Assembly (NCBI GenBank): GCA_028534125.1
Contig: CM052828.1
Span: 9,114,001 to 9,178,000 of the forward strand
DNA length: 64,000 nt
Source: Lama glama
Taxonomy: Eukaryota
Direction of reading: 5' to 3'
Shown: positions 12,965-26,462 of the stretch, in pieces
How the letters are laid out: the number at the start of each line of letters is the position of its first letter
Position numbering within the stretch: position 1 is the stretch's first letter
Notes under the pieces: generated by a model
Databases searched by the model: none
What the model was told of the DNA's origin: nothing
What the model saw: the letters and a program-made list of their open reading frames with translations, nothing else
Program-made: the position numbers and the translations under genes

Positions 12965-13310
12965 ATTGGTGTCCCCCACGATTCTGTTCCAAGCCCTTTT
13001 CAGTTTTCATTCTTCACATGCTTCCTGGACCTTCTCATCTGTAATTGTGATGTCAACTACCTTTTGTATTTGGGTAATTTAAAAATTGATAACCCAAACC
13101 TCTCTCTTGAGCTCTCTACCTAACCATGCCATGGCCTACTTCTGGACACTCACTGAATATTTTATCTGCACTTTAAACCTCAATATATCCAAAATTGAAC
13201 CAGTATTCCTTCATTTTAAAATTAAATGGTCTCTATGGGAGGGACTAGCACCCTGCACCCAAGCCAGAATACCCAGGGGCCATCCTGGCCGTATCCATCA
13301 TCCCTACGCC
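12965..13310 (+). mobile_element. L2 LINE fragment
   Basis: Degenerate GVPQGSVLGP-encoding segment (ggtgtcccccacgattctgttcc) and aaacctcaatatatccaaaattgaac. Confidence 0.6.
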
Positions 13311-13498
13311 ACCTTTACATAATAAAAGCTGCTGACCTTCCATGGCAGGTACTGGGTGTCATGCATCCAACATACTATTAGCTTATGTCATCCCAACAGC
13401 AATCCTAAGCCTTGTCAGAAATGGCCTTAAGTTTCCTGAGGTCTGAAACTTGTATGGTTTTCAGGGTCCTTTTAAAGAAAAAGAAAAGTACAAATACC

Positions 13499-13861
13499 TG
13501 GAAATCCTGCAATATGCTACAACATGGATGAACCCTGAAGAAAGACATTATTATGCTAAGTGAATGAGCCAGTCACAGAAGGACAAATACTGCATGAATC
13601 CACTTAGATGAGATATTTGAAACAGTCCAACTCATGGAGTCAGAGAGCAGAGTGATGGTTACAAGGGGCTGGCAGGAGAGGGGAGGGGAGTTGCTAATCA
13701 ACAGGTACAAAGTTTCAATTAGGCAAGACAGGTAAATTCTAGAGATCTGCTGTAGAACACTGTGCCTACAGCTAACAGTACTGTGTTGAACACTTAAAAT
13801 TTTGTGAAGAGGATAGATCTCATGTTAAGTGCTCTTACCACAAGAAAATAAAATTTTAAAA
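13499..13861 (+). mobile_element. 5'-truncated L1MA-type 3' end with degenerate 18-bp TSD
   Basis: acaacatggatgaacc...atgctaagtgaa..gccagtcacagaaggacaaatactgcatg...ctcatgttaagtgctcttaccac with an A-rich tail. Flanks are aagaaaagtacaaatacc (13481-13498) and aagaaaattataaatacc (13862-13879). Confidence 0.9.
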
Positions 13862-14610
13862 AAGAAAATTATAAATACCAAAATTACTGCTTCAAAGTAT
13901 ATACTTGGACTAGTACAAGTGAGGGGTCCTGAAAATGGACCTTCATTAGTTTCATGGTGCGTTGGCCTTTGAGGAAGTTGTTCTTCTTATTTCCATTCTA
14001 CAGTGACAAAAACTGAGGCACAGAAAGGTTGCATACTTAACACGACCAGCATCCGCCCTGCCATGGGAGTTTCCATCACCTCTTGGCCTCCTATGTGATC
14101 TCCCTCTCAACCTCTGCCAACCCCTCCCAGTGCTTTCTCCACACTGACCTTAAAGGGATCTGCACATGGGACCATGTCTGTCTGCTGATCAGCAGCTGCC
14201 CTAGTTCCCTATTACTTTTAGGATAAGGGTTAAACTCTTGCACAATGTCCGGGGTGTCTCTTGCACTCGATGCTGTGTGAGGCTGAACTGCTAGTACTTA
14301 CTCTGTCCGCACTCCACACTTCTAATTCCTTTCCACTTGCCCGTCCTGCTCCCAGGATGGCTCCCTTCCCATCCCCTCAACTATCTATCAGTGATCTTCA
14401 TCATTTTTTCATTTTTCCCAATAAAAATAGCATTATTCATTATTTTTTAGATTATAGGAGTAATACATAGTTAAATTTTAAAAAAATTATACAATACAAA
14501 AAAAACCCCACAAAGAATTAAATAAAAGCCAACAAATCATAACCCCATTATCCAAGAAGAACCACTATGAACAATTTAGTGTATACACTTGCCATTTTCC
14601 CTACATGTTA

Positions 14611-14634
14611 GTGTGTGTGTGTGTGTGTGTGTGT
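14611..14634. repeat. (GT)12 microsatellite
   Basis: Read directly from the sequence. Confidence 0.95.
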
Positions 14635-14989
14635 TTGCACGCACACGTGCACTAGTCTATAAAACTGGGATATGTTACTATATATGTTACTATGGTATTA
14701 CTGTTCTTTCCCATTTTTATCAGTCTGCCAGACTCTCCCCCCAAATGTTTTGTTGTTGTTGTTATTTTAATGTCAATCTCACTGATTACTAAGAAAGCCA
14801 AGCATCTCTTCATGTGTTTCTTCTCTTGAGAATTGCTTGTTGATGTCTACCCTCTGTCTCTGCAGCACCAGGATCTAGTACAATTGCTGCAACAGCATAA
14901 GTGGTGGATGAATATGTGTGGTATGAGTGAGTGGACTAAAGACACATCCCCTCACTCTAGAGCGCCCATGTGTTGAGGGCAAGGTCTCA

Positions 14990-15560
14990 TTCTCTGATTT
15001 CCTTATTCCTTCTTGCACAGAATCAACAGCCAAATCCTGCGAATTCACCCTTCAAAATGTCTTTAAACCTCCCACAACTGCTGCCCTAGTTCAAAGTGTA
15101 GTCACTTCTTACCAGGATTTTTGCAATAGCCTCCTCTCTCTGCTCTCTCTAACCTAATTCTTTCTCCATCTATGACCAGAGTTTTCTAAAACACAATTTG
15201 TTCACTTCACACTCCTACTTAAGACCTTTATTGATTTCATATTGCCTGCAGAATAAATCTAAACTTTTTAGAAAGGCATCCAAGACCTTTCATAAAATCT
15301 GGTCTGACTTTCCATCTCAGCCTCATCCCTCTTCCTTTACATTCCTCTCTCTTTACATCATCTGTGCTCCAGCCACGCCACACTTTCAGCTGTTCTGAAA
15401 CAGACTCTGCTTTCCACAATTCTTTGCTTTCGAGATCCATTTCAAATGCCACACACACCATGGCAGCTCGTCCTGTCTCTCCACCACAATTATCACACTG
15501 CTGTCACCACCGCCACCACTAACATCCTTACCTTGCACACCTCCTTCGAAAACTCTACAC
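14990..15560 (+). mobile_element. L2 LINE fragment
   Basis: Pyrimidine-rich L2 3' region: ccaaatcctgcgaattcacccttcaaaatgtc...caatagcctcct...ctccagccac. Confidence 0.6.
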
Positions 15561-18111
15561 TTCCTCATTATTTCAAAGATAATTTTATATTTCTCTCCCA
15601 ATTCCAACTTCCTGCCTGCGTAGCAATTCTGGATCAGCAGTTTTAAAGAATCTGTCAAGTATCTGAATATCTGTTACGTGCAAAGTACTGAATCCCTTTA
15701 TGGTACTCAGTTCAGTTTCCAGCTGAAACTTTGAATGCAGCTGAGTTCTGAAAATACATTAGTTATAAAAGGCTAAAAACCTACATGCAATTTTTTTGTG
15801 TGTGTTTTAAAATAGTGTAATTTGAGCTCCTCTTAGATCACAGAATCTGAGAGCAAAGGGGGAGGCAGACACCCTTGCTTTCCCAGCTGGTTAGCTAAGC
15901 AGGCAGAGGAGATGCTTCTGCTTCCCTGGTGACATCTTCTCGCTCTCCAGTGGGATGGTGCAGTCATTAGGTATCAGGTCATCAGGTACCTGGGTCTAGA
16001 CCAATTAAATATATCCTAACGAATTTTTAGTCCAAACATAACAATAGACATAAATATTAAAGCTATTTTTATAGCTTAAAGATTTGCCCATAGGAAGTCA
16101 TTTCTCATATGTCATTTATACGCCTTTCCTAACAGATTTGCAAACCAAAATGTTGCAACTTTAAAACATCTTGTCAAGTTAATCAGTTGCTCACTATGTG
16201 TCAAATTTAATATTTAGAGAAGTCAATCTCTCAATATGTTATAGATACTTGTTTTATATTTTCCAATCTGTTATTACTAAAAATAAAATTTTAAATCTTA
16301 ATGTATTACAATGTAAGTTTTTTGAGCACAAATGTAACGATTAAAAAATAAATTGCAGAATTTTTTCTTTAAATGCTTCTATTGTTTTCTAAATTAAATT
16401 AATTATTGATTTGCTTCCAAAGTCATTTGCCTTCATCCTTTTTATTCCAAGAATCAACATCCTGTCCACCTCACTGTTTATTCAGACTTTAAATAGCAAG
16501 AGGCCCAGGCAGAAGGGGAAAAAAAACCCACTTCTATTAATTTATTTAGTCACTTGAAAGCTATCACAGAAGCTATGGTAGAAAAAAATGACAGAATTAT
16601 TAGGAATACTGCAATGGAGAGTTTATCTGACAGTTGAGTTTTATACTCCTCAGGATAATAGATATTGAGCTATGAGTATTAGCAGACACCTTAGTTATAT
16701 GATGTCATATAACATAATTTGTCTCCAAATCCTGTTGTGATTTCACCATTGCTTTTTTGATAGCTCTGAGTTTTCATTTTCAATCAGAACCATAACTCAG
16801 CCCAGCTGGGAAGATTGCCTGGACTCTGGCTTGGAGCATTTCCAAGGCACTTTCTTTCAAGAAAATATGGAAGCTCTTTTTGCCCAGAAGTGGAGACACA
16901 TAAGGATCTGGTTTGCCATGCTTTACTTCACGGTGATCCTAACCTGAGTCTATGCAATCTTACTGTCTTTGCTCCTAAAAGTCAAGTCAAAAACAAAGGA
17001 TTCAACTCTTGGGAATGATCCCTCTCATCTGACAAATGGGAAATTCCCCTCTGCTTTCCATCATCAATTTCCCTCATTTCTCTTGTACATTCACTCAGTA
17101 ATTCACCAAGTATTCACGGCGCCCTTGTTGTGTGCAGGGCAGTGAGCTCAGCAGTGTGGGAAGAGTTGAGACTTGGGTCTAAGACTGACTCTCCATCCTG
17201 GCTTTCTGAAGATGATGAGTCTTGGGAGAGCATGGAACAGATACCAAGCCCTTAAAAACGAAGTTCCCCCACTTAAATACCTTCTGAAAGAAGGAGGGAT
17301 ATCATGCATAAATAAAAAAAGAGTGGTTAGTAATTATAATAAAGTTTATTCCTTTACTCACTCAAGAGCCCTCTTCCCTGGGCAGGTCGCATAGGGTTTC
17401 CTTCCAGAATTGAAGAAGGCATTCACAGAAGGAAGGTGGGAGCTGCTGCTGGTGCTGTGCCTGGCATCAGGGGGAGGGAAGAAGCAGGGGGTGAAAAGGC
17501 TCTTTCATTCCTCTGGCAGAGGCAGCCTTGCAGCTGGGGCCACGGTATGCTCTGCGGACCCAGGGCCTCCGGAGAGAGCATGTGTTCCTCTACTGATCTG
17601 AGTCTTAGCCACCAGCCTCTGGCAGCAGCCAGGAGATGGAGAAGATGGTTAAATGAGGCACTTAATTTTGTAAAACATGGGTAAGTATTTTATTTTTCTT
17701 CCAAATCAAGAATATCTACTCAATTTAAACTTTTTACCCACAGTCCCTCTTCCTCAGACCCAGGAGTGTGAATTTCTGTTTAACACAAGTGTCAGTGACT
17801 TCTTACCCCATAGGGTTCCTCATCTGTAAAATGAGAAGGTGACAGATGTTCCTAAGTTTCTTTCCAAATGAAAACAAATATGATTCTTAGATCAACAGAA
17901 TTTCAAGGGACTCACACTTGACTGTTAAGAAAAAGAATATAAAAAACAACCTGCCTGTTTTCCTGTGGCTTTTTCTGATCATTTTAGGATTAGTTGTTGT
18001 TATTTATTGATCCCACTTTTGTGTTTATTCTTCCCTCCACTAACATCCCTGCATGAAAACAAGCACAAATTTAAAGTTAATATCCTCTTCTAAAATGTTA
18101 CACAAACACAC

Positions 18112-18136
18112 CACACACACACACACACACACACAC
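18112..18136. repeat. (CA)n microsatellite
   Basis: Read directly from the sequence. Confidence 0.95.
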
Positions 18137-18185
18137 CATGGGTGACACAACATGGAAATGAAAAAACCACACCAAAACATAACTC

Positions 18186-18321
18186 CAGTGGTTCTCAAAC
18201 TTTAGCAAGTACTGGAATCATCTACCTAGGCAGGTAAAGCAGAGCCAAAGAATTAACGTTTCCAAAACATTCCAAGTGACACCGAAGCTGCTGAGTGAGG
18301 ACCGCACTTTGAGAACCATTG
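18186..18321. mobile_element. MER5A-like hAT-Charlie MITE, internally shortened
   Basis: Terminal inverted repeats cagtggttctcaaa ... tttgagaaccattg. Confidence 0.8.
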
Positions 18322-21151
18322 TTTTTTTTTGTTTTTAGTGTAATTCCCTTGGAGACACATCCCTAGTGTCTGTTCTCTTCAAATCCCTTAAAGTCCTGCT
18401 GTGCCTCAGGCCATCACTTCCCCCCTCCATCTGTCAACTGGCTCTTTCCTTGAAAGGATTTCAAGTCACTGGAAAGCTTGCATTTTAATATCTAGCACCA
18501 CACGTTCCCTCGGTTTTGGGTTTTTTTTGTAGCAGATTAACAACTACCACTAGCACATATCCTTTTTTAAGTCCAAAACTCTTTGCAGGAAGTTCTGCAC
18601 TGCCCAGAACACAAAATAAACAGAAGGATGAAAGGACGCTCGTGTCAGGGTAGTGAGGCGGGTGTCTGCAGTGCATTTAGCTAGTGCGCGTGGAGGTACA
18701 GTGTCCGTGGTACCAAGTTTCCATCTTTGCTTTAACTTAAGCAGGATAAGAGCCCAAGGTTGAAGAAGGAAGGATTCTCTTTAGAAAAATATATTTTGTG
18801 GTATTTGGGGAGATAGTCCTCAGTAACATAGAAGCAGTTTCATAGCTACTGGAAATGCTTTTCAATTATATAATATACACTTTATAGTCAATGTGTTCTC
18901 AGGTCTCTGTCTTCAAAGAGCGATCTAGAGAATGAATTAGTCTGGGAAGTTTGTGGTAGAGCACATAAGGAAGAAGAAAAGGTGTTTATTCGTATGAAAT
19001 AAAACCCATAATTTTTAAAAAAGAACTTAGAAGACTTAATTTCTTAAAAGGCTGACACGGGACCCTAGAGGTTTGGGCACTGTCCTGTTCTCCCTTCATC
19101 TGCCAATGGAAGGAACCAAGCCTGATGTCTTGTTAGAGTGCCAGCATTGAAACAAAGCGCAAGAGAACTCTAGAGGCTTATTTAGTCGCCCTCTTTCAAG
19201 ATGACGAAGCAAGGCCCCCTCCTCTGTTATGTGCCCCGTCTTCCCACTTCCCTCCCCGCGCACGAAGAGGGTCCCGGCATTTGGCAGGAGGAGGAGTGAC
19301 TCCAGAGGAGGCCCGTGGGAGCAGAGAGAGCAGAGGGCTGCTGGCGGTGACTGCATGGGGTGGGGTGATTTCACTCTGGTTGGAAAAAGATCCAAGCTTC
19401 ATTTGCAAACAAGCTTGCTGAAGCCAGCCACTCACTCCAGGCTTTCCAAGGTTAGCCCACCCACCGCCCTTCCAGGTGCTAAAGTACTTTTCTCCCATTC
19501 ACGGCTGTCTATGACATAGTTAAAAATGTTCACGTAGGTTTGCAGCACGTGGTGGGGGTGGGGTTGTGTCTGTCTGGGTAAGGGTCACTCCGCTTCAGGA
19601 CTAAGCGTCCTAGATGTTGTCCTGTCTCTCAGGGTCCAAAATTCTTTCTGTCTAATGCTTCGGAATTAAAACTTTCTGTCAGATTTGATCCATTCAACAG
19701 AACGTCAAGCCTCCCTTTAAAATGACTTAAATATGTCAAACAATTTGTTTTTTTTTAAAGCTGCCCACTTCATGGCAGCTTCACATTTCCAGAAACATTT
19801 ATCATGTCTTACTAAAGAGATTCCAGTGTCACACAAAACGTATTCAACACATCGCCTTGACTCTTATGGGTGTGTTGTGAATTATTACTGTGGTCAGAAG
19901 GTACATACAGTCTTGCTCCATGATGTTTTGACCTAAATATTTATTTTTTTATATTTCTTTTATTTTATTCTTTAATTAGACTGAGGTGACTAGTGTGGCC
20001 ATTCTTTTGTGTGAATATCCTCATTTCTACTGCCATTTATAATGCAAAGGTAGCCACTTCCTATTTCTTTACTCTGGCCAGGGGCATTATTTATTTACAG
20101 AGCTGATAATGTTATATGACTCTTGTGAACTGATCTGTATCAGGGTTTTGCTGTTGTTCTAAATTTTGCTTTCCATTTAATTGCAAACTTGAGCTTATCC
20201 AATACTGTTTGTATTTACCTTTTCATTAGGTATTCAGGTCAAGAAGATAACAGAGCTCCTGTTGAAACCCTGTGTGAAAAAAGAACTCCTCTGAGAAACT
20301 TCTAAGAATTGTATCCTTTCAAGGCTAAACTGCTGTTCCCATCAGTTGGGTAAACTAGATTATAGATTTGACTTTTTGCAATTTGGGATGTAGATGTGTA
20401 CGCGTACTGCGGAGCTGCTGAGACAATAAATGCTGAGGATTAGCCCCTACAATATGACTGCCAGAGGGGCCAAGAAGTGGGCTGTCAAGTCCTTGTTTTG
20501 CCCTTGCTGCTCGTGAAAAAATAGCCTTCTCCAGTTACATCCTTCCTCCCCAGAGATTACATGAGTCCCGGCACCAGCAAGCCCAGAAGTACATGCAGGT
20601 TTCTAGACAGTGATGCTGACGACCAGTGAAGCTCAACCAGCAGTAGCCCCGGCACGCAAGACCAGGGGAAGAACTTGATACAGTTCTCCTGAAAGGGAGC
20701 CAAACCAGCGTACACCAGGGCAGTCTTTCTAAACAGGAAAACGTTATTAGTCATGAAAATGATTTTATCCCTTCATCCTGTAATCTCAAGTCTATGAATA
20801 AATATTGAGGGCAATGATGATGACGACAACTTAATTCCTATACATCTAGGGATTTCTTATTTTTGAACAAAGTCACATTCCAGAGGCAGAATTTAGCAGC
20901 AAGGAAATTTTAAAGAGTGATTATCTTCTTTACTTTTACTTATTGAAGAACATTAGAGGGATATGATTCATAACCCTGAGGTACATCTTTTAAAAGCCCC
21001 TTCCTCCACTCTCCAGGTTTCCTGTGCTTCAGGATCACTTCTCTGTCGATGCTCTAAGACTGTCCCTCCAGCTCTGCCTTCTGCCCCTCCAGCCCTGCCT
21101 TACATTGAACTTTCCCCTTTCTTTCCTGCTCTTATTATAGGAGATACCTTG

Positions 21152-21359
21152 NNNNNNNNNNNNNNNNNNNNNNNNNNNNNNNNNNNNNNNNNNNNNNNNN
21201 NNNNNNNNNNNNNNNNNNNNNNNNNNNNNNNNNNNNNNNNNNNNNNNNNNNNNNNNNNNNNNNNNNNNNNNNNNNNNNNNNNNNNNNNNNNNNNNNNNNN
21301 NNNNNNNNNNNNNNNNNNNNNNNNNNNNNNNNNNNNNNNNNNNNNNNNNNNNNNNNNNN
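21152..21359. other. Assembly gap
   Basis: Run of N. Confidence 1.
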
Positions 21360-22262
21360 AAGAAGAGGACAACTGGGCAAGCACCGTTTCTACTGGATTA
21401 TGGACTGGGTTTTGGAAGTGGAGGATCAGGAAAGGCATCCTACTTAATAATTTGATACTTAATAATTTTGCTGCAGCACAATAGCTGCCCTTGGTTATGC
21501 TATTCCCACATTGCAACCGCATGTTAGATTCTCTCTCTGTGTGTGTTTATCATTGAAGTCTTACCAGCCTCGTTATAAAGAAAAGACGTCTGAGCTTCAG
21601 AGAGGATAATTAATATTCCCACAGGCACATTGCCTAAACGTGGGTAAGCCAAGACCTGAATTCAGATTTTTCTTCTTCCAAAATGTGTGCATCTGCCACC
21701 AGTCACTATGCCTGTTATCCTAAAGAATTAATTCAAAGGGAAACAAACAAATCATTTGTATGCATCATTTAGATTACATAATGGTCAAAGCATCAAGGCA
21801 CAAAAATATGATTAAGTAAATTATTACCCACCAACTTAACAGACTTCTGTAGCTATTGAAACTTACAAAATAATAATTGATAAAACCATTAAATGAGGTT
21901 TTGTATACATATAATTATAACCATTTAAAACTACTCATATACAGAATTAAAATTCACTAAAGTCATAAAGATGCAAAATATGTCTATTAAGGGGAAGGGA
22001 AAGGGGTTATATTTTTCTCTAAGATTATTTATCCTTTTCATGACTTTTGTTTGTCTTTTGAAAGAAGGATTGTCATTCCCAGGTGTACTGATTTTGCTGA
22101 CTACAAGCTTTGCAAACTCAGATTCAAGCTGGCAAAGCTAAATTCCCATTATTCTGATAGATTGAGACAATTCACATTCTTATCTGCTTCTCCTATTTCT
22201 ACCAAAACAGAACTTGACAGTGGCACAACCTAAAACAAAACCAACCCACATGCCTGCTCTCC

Positions 22263-22281
22263 TGTCCTGCAGGGGGCACTG
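22263..22281 (+). promoter_or_regulatory. Candidate CTCF site
   Basis: TGTCCTGCAGGGGGCACTG closely matches the CTCF core (CCRSYAGRKGGCRS) and sits in a small GC-rich patch. Confidence 0.55.
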
Positions 22282-22699
22282 CGGGCTTGTTGAAACGGAA
22301 GACTGGTGGTTCCAGCCCCAGGCAAAGCGGTAAGTTAGCAAGTCAGCCGCTCTGCCCGCCTGCAGGCCGGTTCCCCGTCAGACACTGAGCCTTTCAGACT
22401 CCTCCTTTCCCTGCTTGCCTGACCACTCTGATAGTCGTCCTAGGAAAAAAGACTCGTATAGTTTCTTTTTTTTTTTTTGCATTAAAACACATTTCTTTAC
22501 TCCTTTTATTTAAATGTTACTCTTAAAATAATTTAATACTTAAGAGTAATAAATCCTTTATGTTTGTATTTTCTAAGTGCATTTTAACTGCTATAAAGAT
22601 TATTCTATTGATTTCCACAATTTCTATGTGAAGAGGGTAAGTACAAAAAAAAATTTCGTCTATATTTTCCAGTTGCCTCTGACACAAAAATTTTTCGTG

Positions 22700-23027
22700 T
22701 CAGTTTGCATTCCTCTGAAGACTAGTGACGTTGGGCATCTTTCACGTACCTGTCGCCCATTTATTAGTCTTCTTTGGAAAAAAGTCTATTCAGATCTTCT
22801 GCCCATTTTCTAATCAGTTTTTTTTTTACTATTGAGTTGTATGAGTATTTTTAAAAATATATTTTGGGTAGTAACCTTTTATCAGATATATGATCTGTAA
22901 ATATTTTCTCCCATTTTTTAGGTTGCCCTTTGATTTTGTTGATGGTGTCCTTTGCTGTGCAGAAGCTTTTTAGTTTAATGTAGTTCAACTTGTTTTTGTT
23001 TCTTTCGCCTACGCTTTTGGTGTCAAA
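22700..23027 (-). mobile_element. L1 ORF2 3' fragment, antisense, running into a gap
   Basis: gtcttctttggaaaaaagtctattcagatcttctgccc...tttgctgtgcagaagctttttagtttaatgtag. Confidence 0.85.
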
Positions 23028-23157
23028 NNNNNNNNNNNNNNNNNNNNNNNNNNNNNNNNNNNNNNNNNNNNNNNNNNNNNNNNNNNNNNNNNNNNNNNNN
23101 NNNNNNNNNNNNNNNNNNNNNNNNNNNNNNNNNNNNNNNNNNNNNNNNNNNNNNNNN
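23028..23157. other. Assembly gap
   Basis: Run of N. Confidence 1.
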
Positions 23158-25072
23158 AACCTTGATCGTGTGTCTTCTTCTAGACCAGCTTGCCATTTCC
23201 ATGCCTAAAATGTCCTTTCTGACATTTGTTATTTGTCGGGTTCTTTCCCTCTGTCTTGAACTCTGCACACCCACTCTGACCATGTGTGTGTCACAATCAC
23301 ACTTGAGCCTGTAACTGCCTGACCATCAGGCTCCCTCCCACTTCATCTGGCTTCACCTAGGTCCCTAAAACATTACCTTGCCAATACTTGCCCTTTTTTA
23401 CTTGTCTCTTTGTGTCCCTAACTTTTCCTCCGCCTGTGACGAGGGGCTTGTATATCACCCTTCACTGTTTCCCTCTGGCTTAGATCTCCTTCCTATAGGG
23501 GCTCAGCTTTGCTGCCTGTTTGTTCACCGTCAGCCCTGAGGGCTGACAGACAGACAGACACTTGCACAACACGCTTCCTCTGCCTCATTCCAATCCCCAG
23601 ATCCCGGCACACGTTTGTTACATCCGGGGAGTCAGGCAGGAGTGTTGCTTGAAATAGCATTCTCTCTTTTTCAAGAGATTGAGACCTTTATGGAAACACT
23701 GATACTTAAAGTTTAGGAGGAAGTTATATATTGACCGTATTCTTCACTTATATCAAATGCTACTGAAAAGTCTTAACCTGTTTAGATGAAGAACACGATG
23801 CGACACTTACTGGTTGGAGATAACTGTGTCCCCATCCTGGTGACACATCTCCACTGCAGGGATAGAACTGTTGGATCCAAATATTCTGCTCTCTCCCCTC
23901 CGAGACCACTGAGTCTGCAATGCAGCCTCACCAACAACTAGTTGTTATGAAACATACCAAGCCACAAAGGGATTCTCAATTACTCAGGAACAACAGATTG
24001 TTATATGCTCAGTTGGAGAAGGCATTGCCTTCAGAGGAAAATCTCTGATAATAAAAGTGTTCATGGCTTGATGAAGTACCCTATACACCCTGACATCTCA
24101 AATACTTGTCTAGAGTAATGGTGATTCCACTAGGAGTAAATAAGCCTAGTGCCATTTGGACACGCCATTAGTTATTGGAAAACTATTCAGGGCAGCAACC
24201 CCTTTCTTGTTCATTCGCTCGTGCACTCACGCATTCCACAAACACTGCTACGGGTCAAGCATATTCTAGGAGCTACAGTTACAGTGGCAAATCTATGAAG
24301 GTGAGTCCAAGGTTCTCTTTCTTTCCTTTTTATTCTTGGAGTTTATATTTGATTTTGAGTTATTTTTGATCCCGGCACTCCAAAAACTTTAATTTTCTAG
24401 AAGTAGTTTGAGGATGGCCAACAAGGGCAGACACAGTGGGAACCCTGATCCTATCCTCAGTCCAAACAGTCCTATTTCTCTTTCTTGGAAGGTTTCACTG
24501 ACTCCTGATGCAGTTTCCCACATCCTCCCCAAACAATGTCCACAGGAAAAGTCTGGTGAAAAAAAGTCACATTCTTTAAACTGTAATACAACGGGTCTGG
24601 CCCCTAAAATAGAATTTGCTGCTCTTTTCTCTTTCTGAAACTCTATTGGGAAACCTAAGGAAGCACTAGAATTCTGAAATTTGAATATGTATAATCGTTT
24701 AACTTTGGCTTATGTGATTCATAAAGCAGTAGGGAAATTAGCTTTACAATCTTCCTTGCAGAAAAAAAAAATCAATTTTCTTTCAGTTTCAGCCGTATAA
24801 ATTGGAAATTGGCTGAAGGGATTTTAGCAAAAGGCAAATCTATCATCACATTAGGATTTATTAGAGGCAAAAATGGGACCATTAGAAACTACAACATAGA
24901 CTGTATTTTGGCTGTTTATATTTTCAGTGAAACTGTGTAAAACAAGATAAAGCCTGCTGGAAATAAGATTTTAGAGTAGCAGGATAATTTCAGGATGTAT
25001 TGAGTCCATCCCACTTGAAGTTTTTAAAAAACATTTTTTAATGAAATTCTAATTATCATTAATATGGGAATG

Positions 25073-25572
25073 NNNNNNNNNNNNNNNNNNNNNNNNNNNN
25101 NNNNNNNNNNNNNNNNNNNNNNNNNNNNNNNNNNNNNNNNNNNNNNNNNNNNNNNNNNNNNNNNNNNNNNNNNNNNNNNNNNNNNNNNNNNNNNNNNNNN
25201 NNNNNNNNNNNNNNNNNNNNNNNNNNNNNNNNNNNNNNNNNNNNNNNNNNNNNNNNNNNNNNNNNNNNNNNNNNNNNNNNNNNNNNNNNNNNNNNNNNNN
25301 NNNNNNNNNNNNNNNNNNNNNNNNNNNNNNNNNNNNNNNNNNNNNNNNNNNNNNNNNNNNNNNNNNNNNNNNNNNNNNNNNNNNNNNNNNNNNNNNNNNN
25401 NNNNNNNNNNNNNNNNNNNNNNNNNNNNNNNNNNNNNNNNNNNNNNNNNNNNNNNNNNNNNNNNNNNNNNNNNNNNNNNNNNNNNNNNNNNNNNNNNNNN
25501 NNNNNNNNNNNNNNNNNNNNNNNNNNNNNNNNNNNNNNNNNNNNNNNNNNNNNNNNNNNNNNNNNNNNNNNN
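25073..25572. other. Assembly gap
   Basis: Run of N. Confidence 1.
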
Positions 25573-25879
25573 TAATTAATCAAGGAGTAATTTAAGATTT
25601 GCCCAAGCCCGAAGAGATTGCCTATTGGTAACTGAAAAGGGAGAAATTTCCCTTTGTAGCAGTGGATCTAGAAAGAAAATTTCTAAACCATTTAGTTTGC
25701 AAAGACTTTTTGCTTTTTCTACAGGAAAAGACTTACTTGATGTAAGACCTACCTGATGAGGTAAAAACTTCGAGATTTTTTCAGCAAGACAATAACAACA
25801 CGAGCACCATAGATATTGAAGAACAGGCATATCAATCCTACTCTGACACTGAAAAAACCAAACAGGAACATTTCCTAGC

Positions 25880-26342
25880 TATATTAGTACCTTGTTGCTG
25901 CTATAACAAATTACCACAAATTTAGTGGCTTAAAACACCACCCATTTATTCTCTTACAGTTCTGGAGCTCAAAAGCCCAAAATGAGGCTTCCAGGACTCA
26001 AATCAAGGTCTGCGCATGACTGGTTCTTTCTGGTTCCTCCAAAGGACAATCCATTTCTTGTCTCTTCCAGCTTTTAAAGCTCCCAGGTTCTCTGGCTCAT
26101 AACCATTTGTTGCCAATCACTCCAATCTTTTACTTCCCCCATCATTTTGTGCTCTCTTGTAAGGACCCTTATGATTTCATCGGGCTCACTCAGATAATCC
26201 AGGATAATTTCTCCATCTCAAGATCTTTACTGTAATCACATCCATGAAGTCCCTTCTACCACATGAGGGCCATTTTACCATTCACAGGATTCAGGGATTA
26301 GGGTGTGGCTATCTTTGGGGCATCATTATTCAGCCTACCATA
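25880..26342 (-). mobile_element. MaLR (MLT1-type) solo LTR
   Basis: gctgctataacaaattaccacaaatttagtggcttaaaac...cttacagttctggag...ataatccaggataatttctccatctcaagatc...attattcagcctacca. Confidence 0.9.
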
Positions 26343-26462
26343 ACCTCAGGTCAATTATTTAATCTCCACAAACCTCTCAAATGGAGAAAAAAATGAAATA
26401 AAGAAGATATTTTGTAAACTTCAGAAGGATAATACCCATGCTAATATTTAATGGCATTTCTA

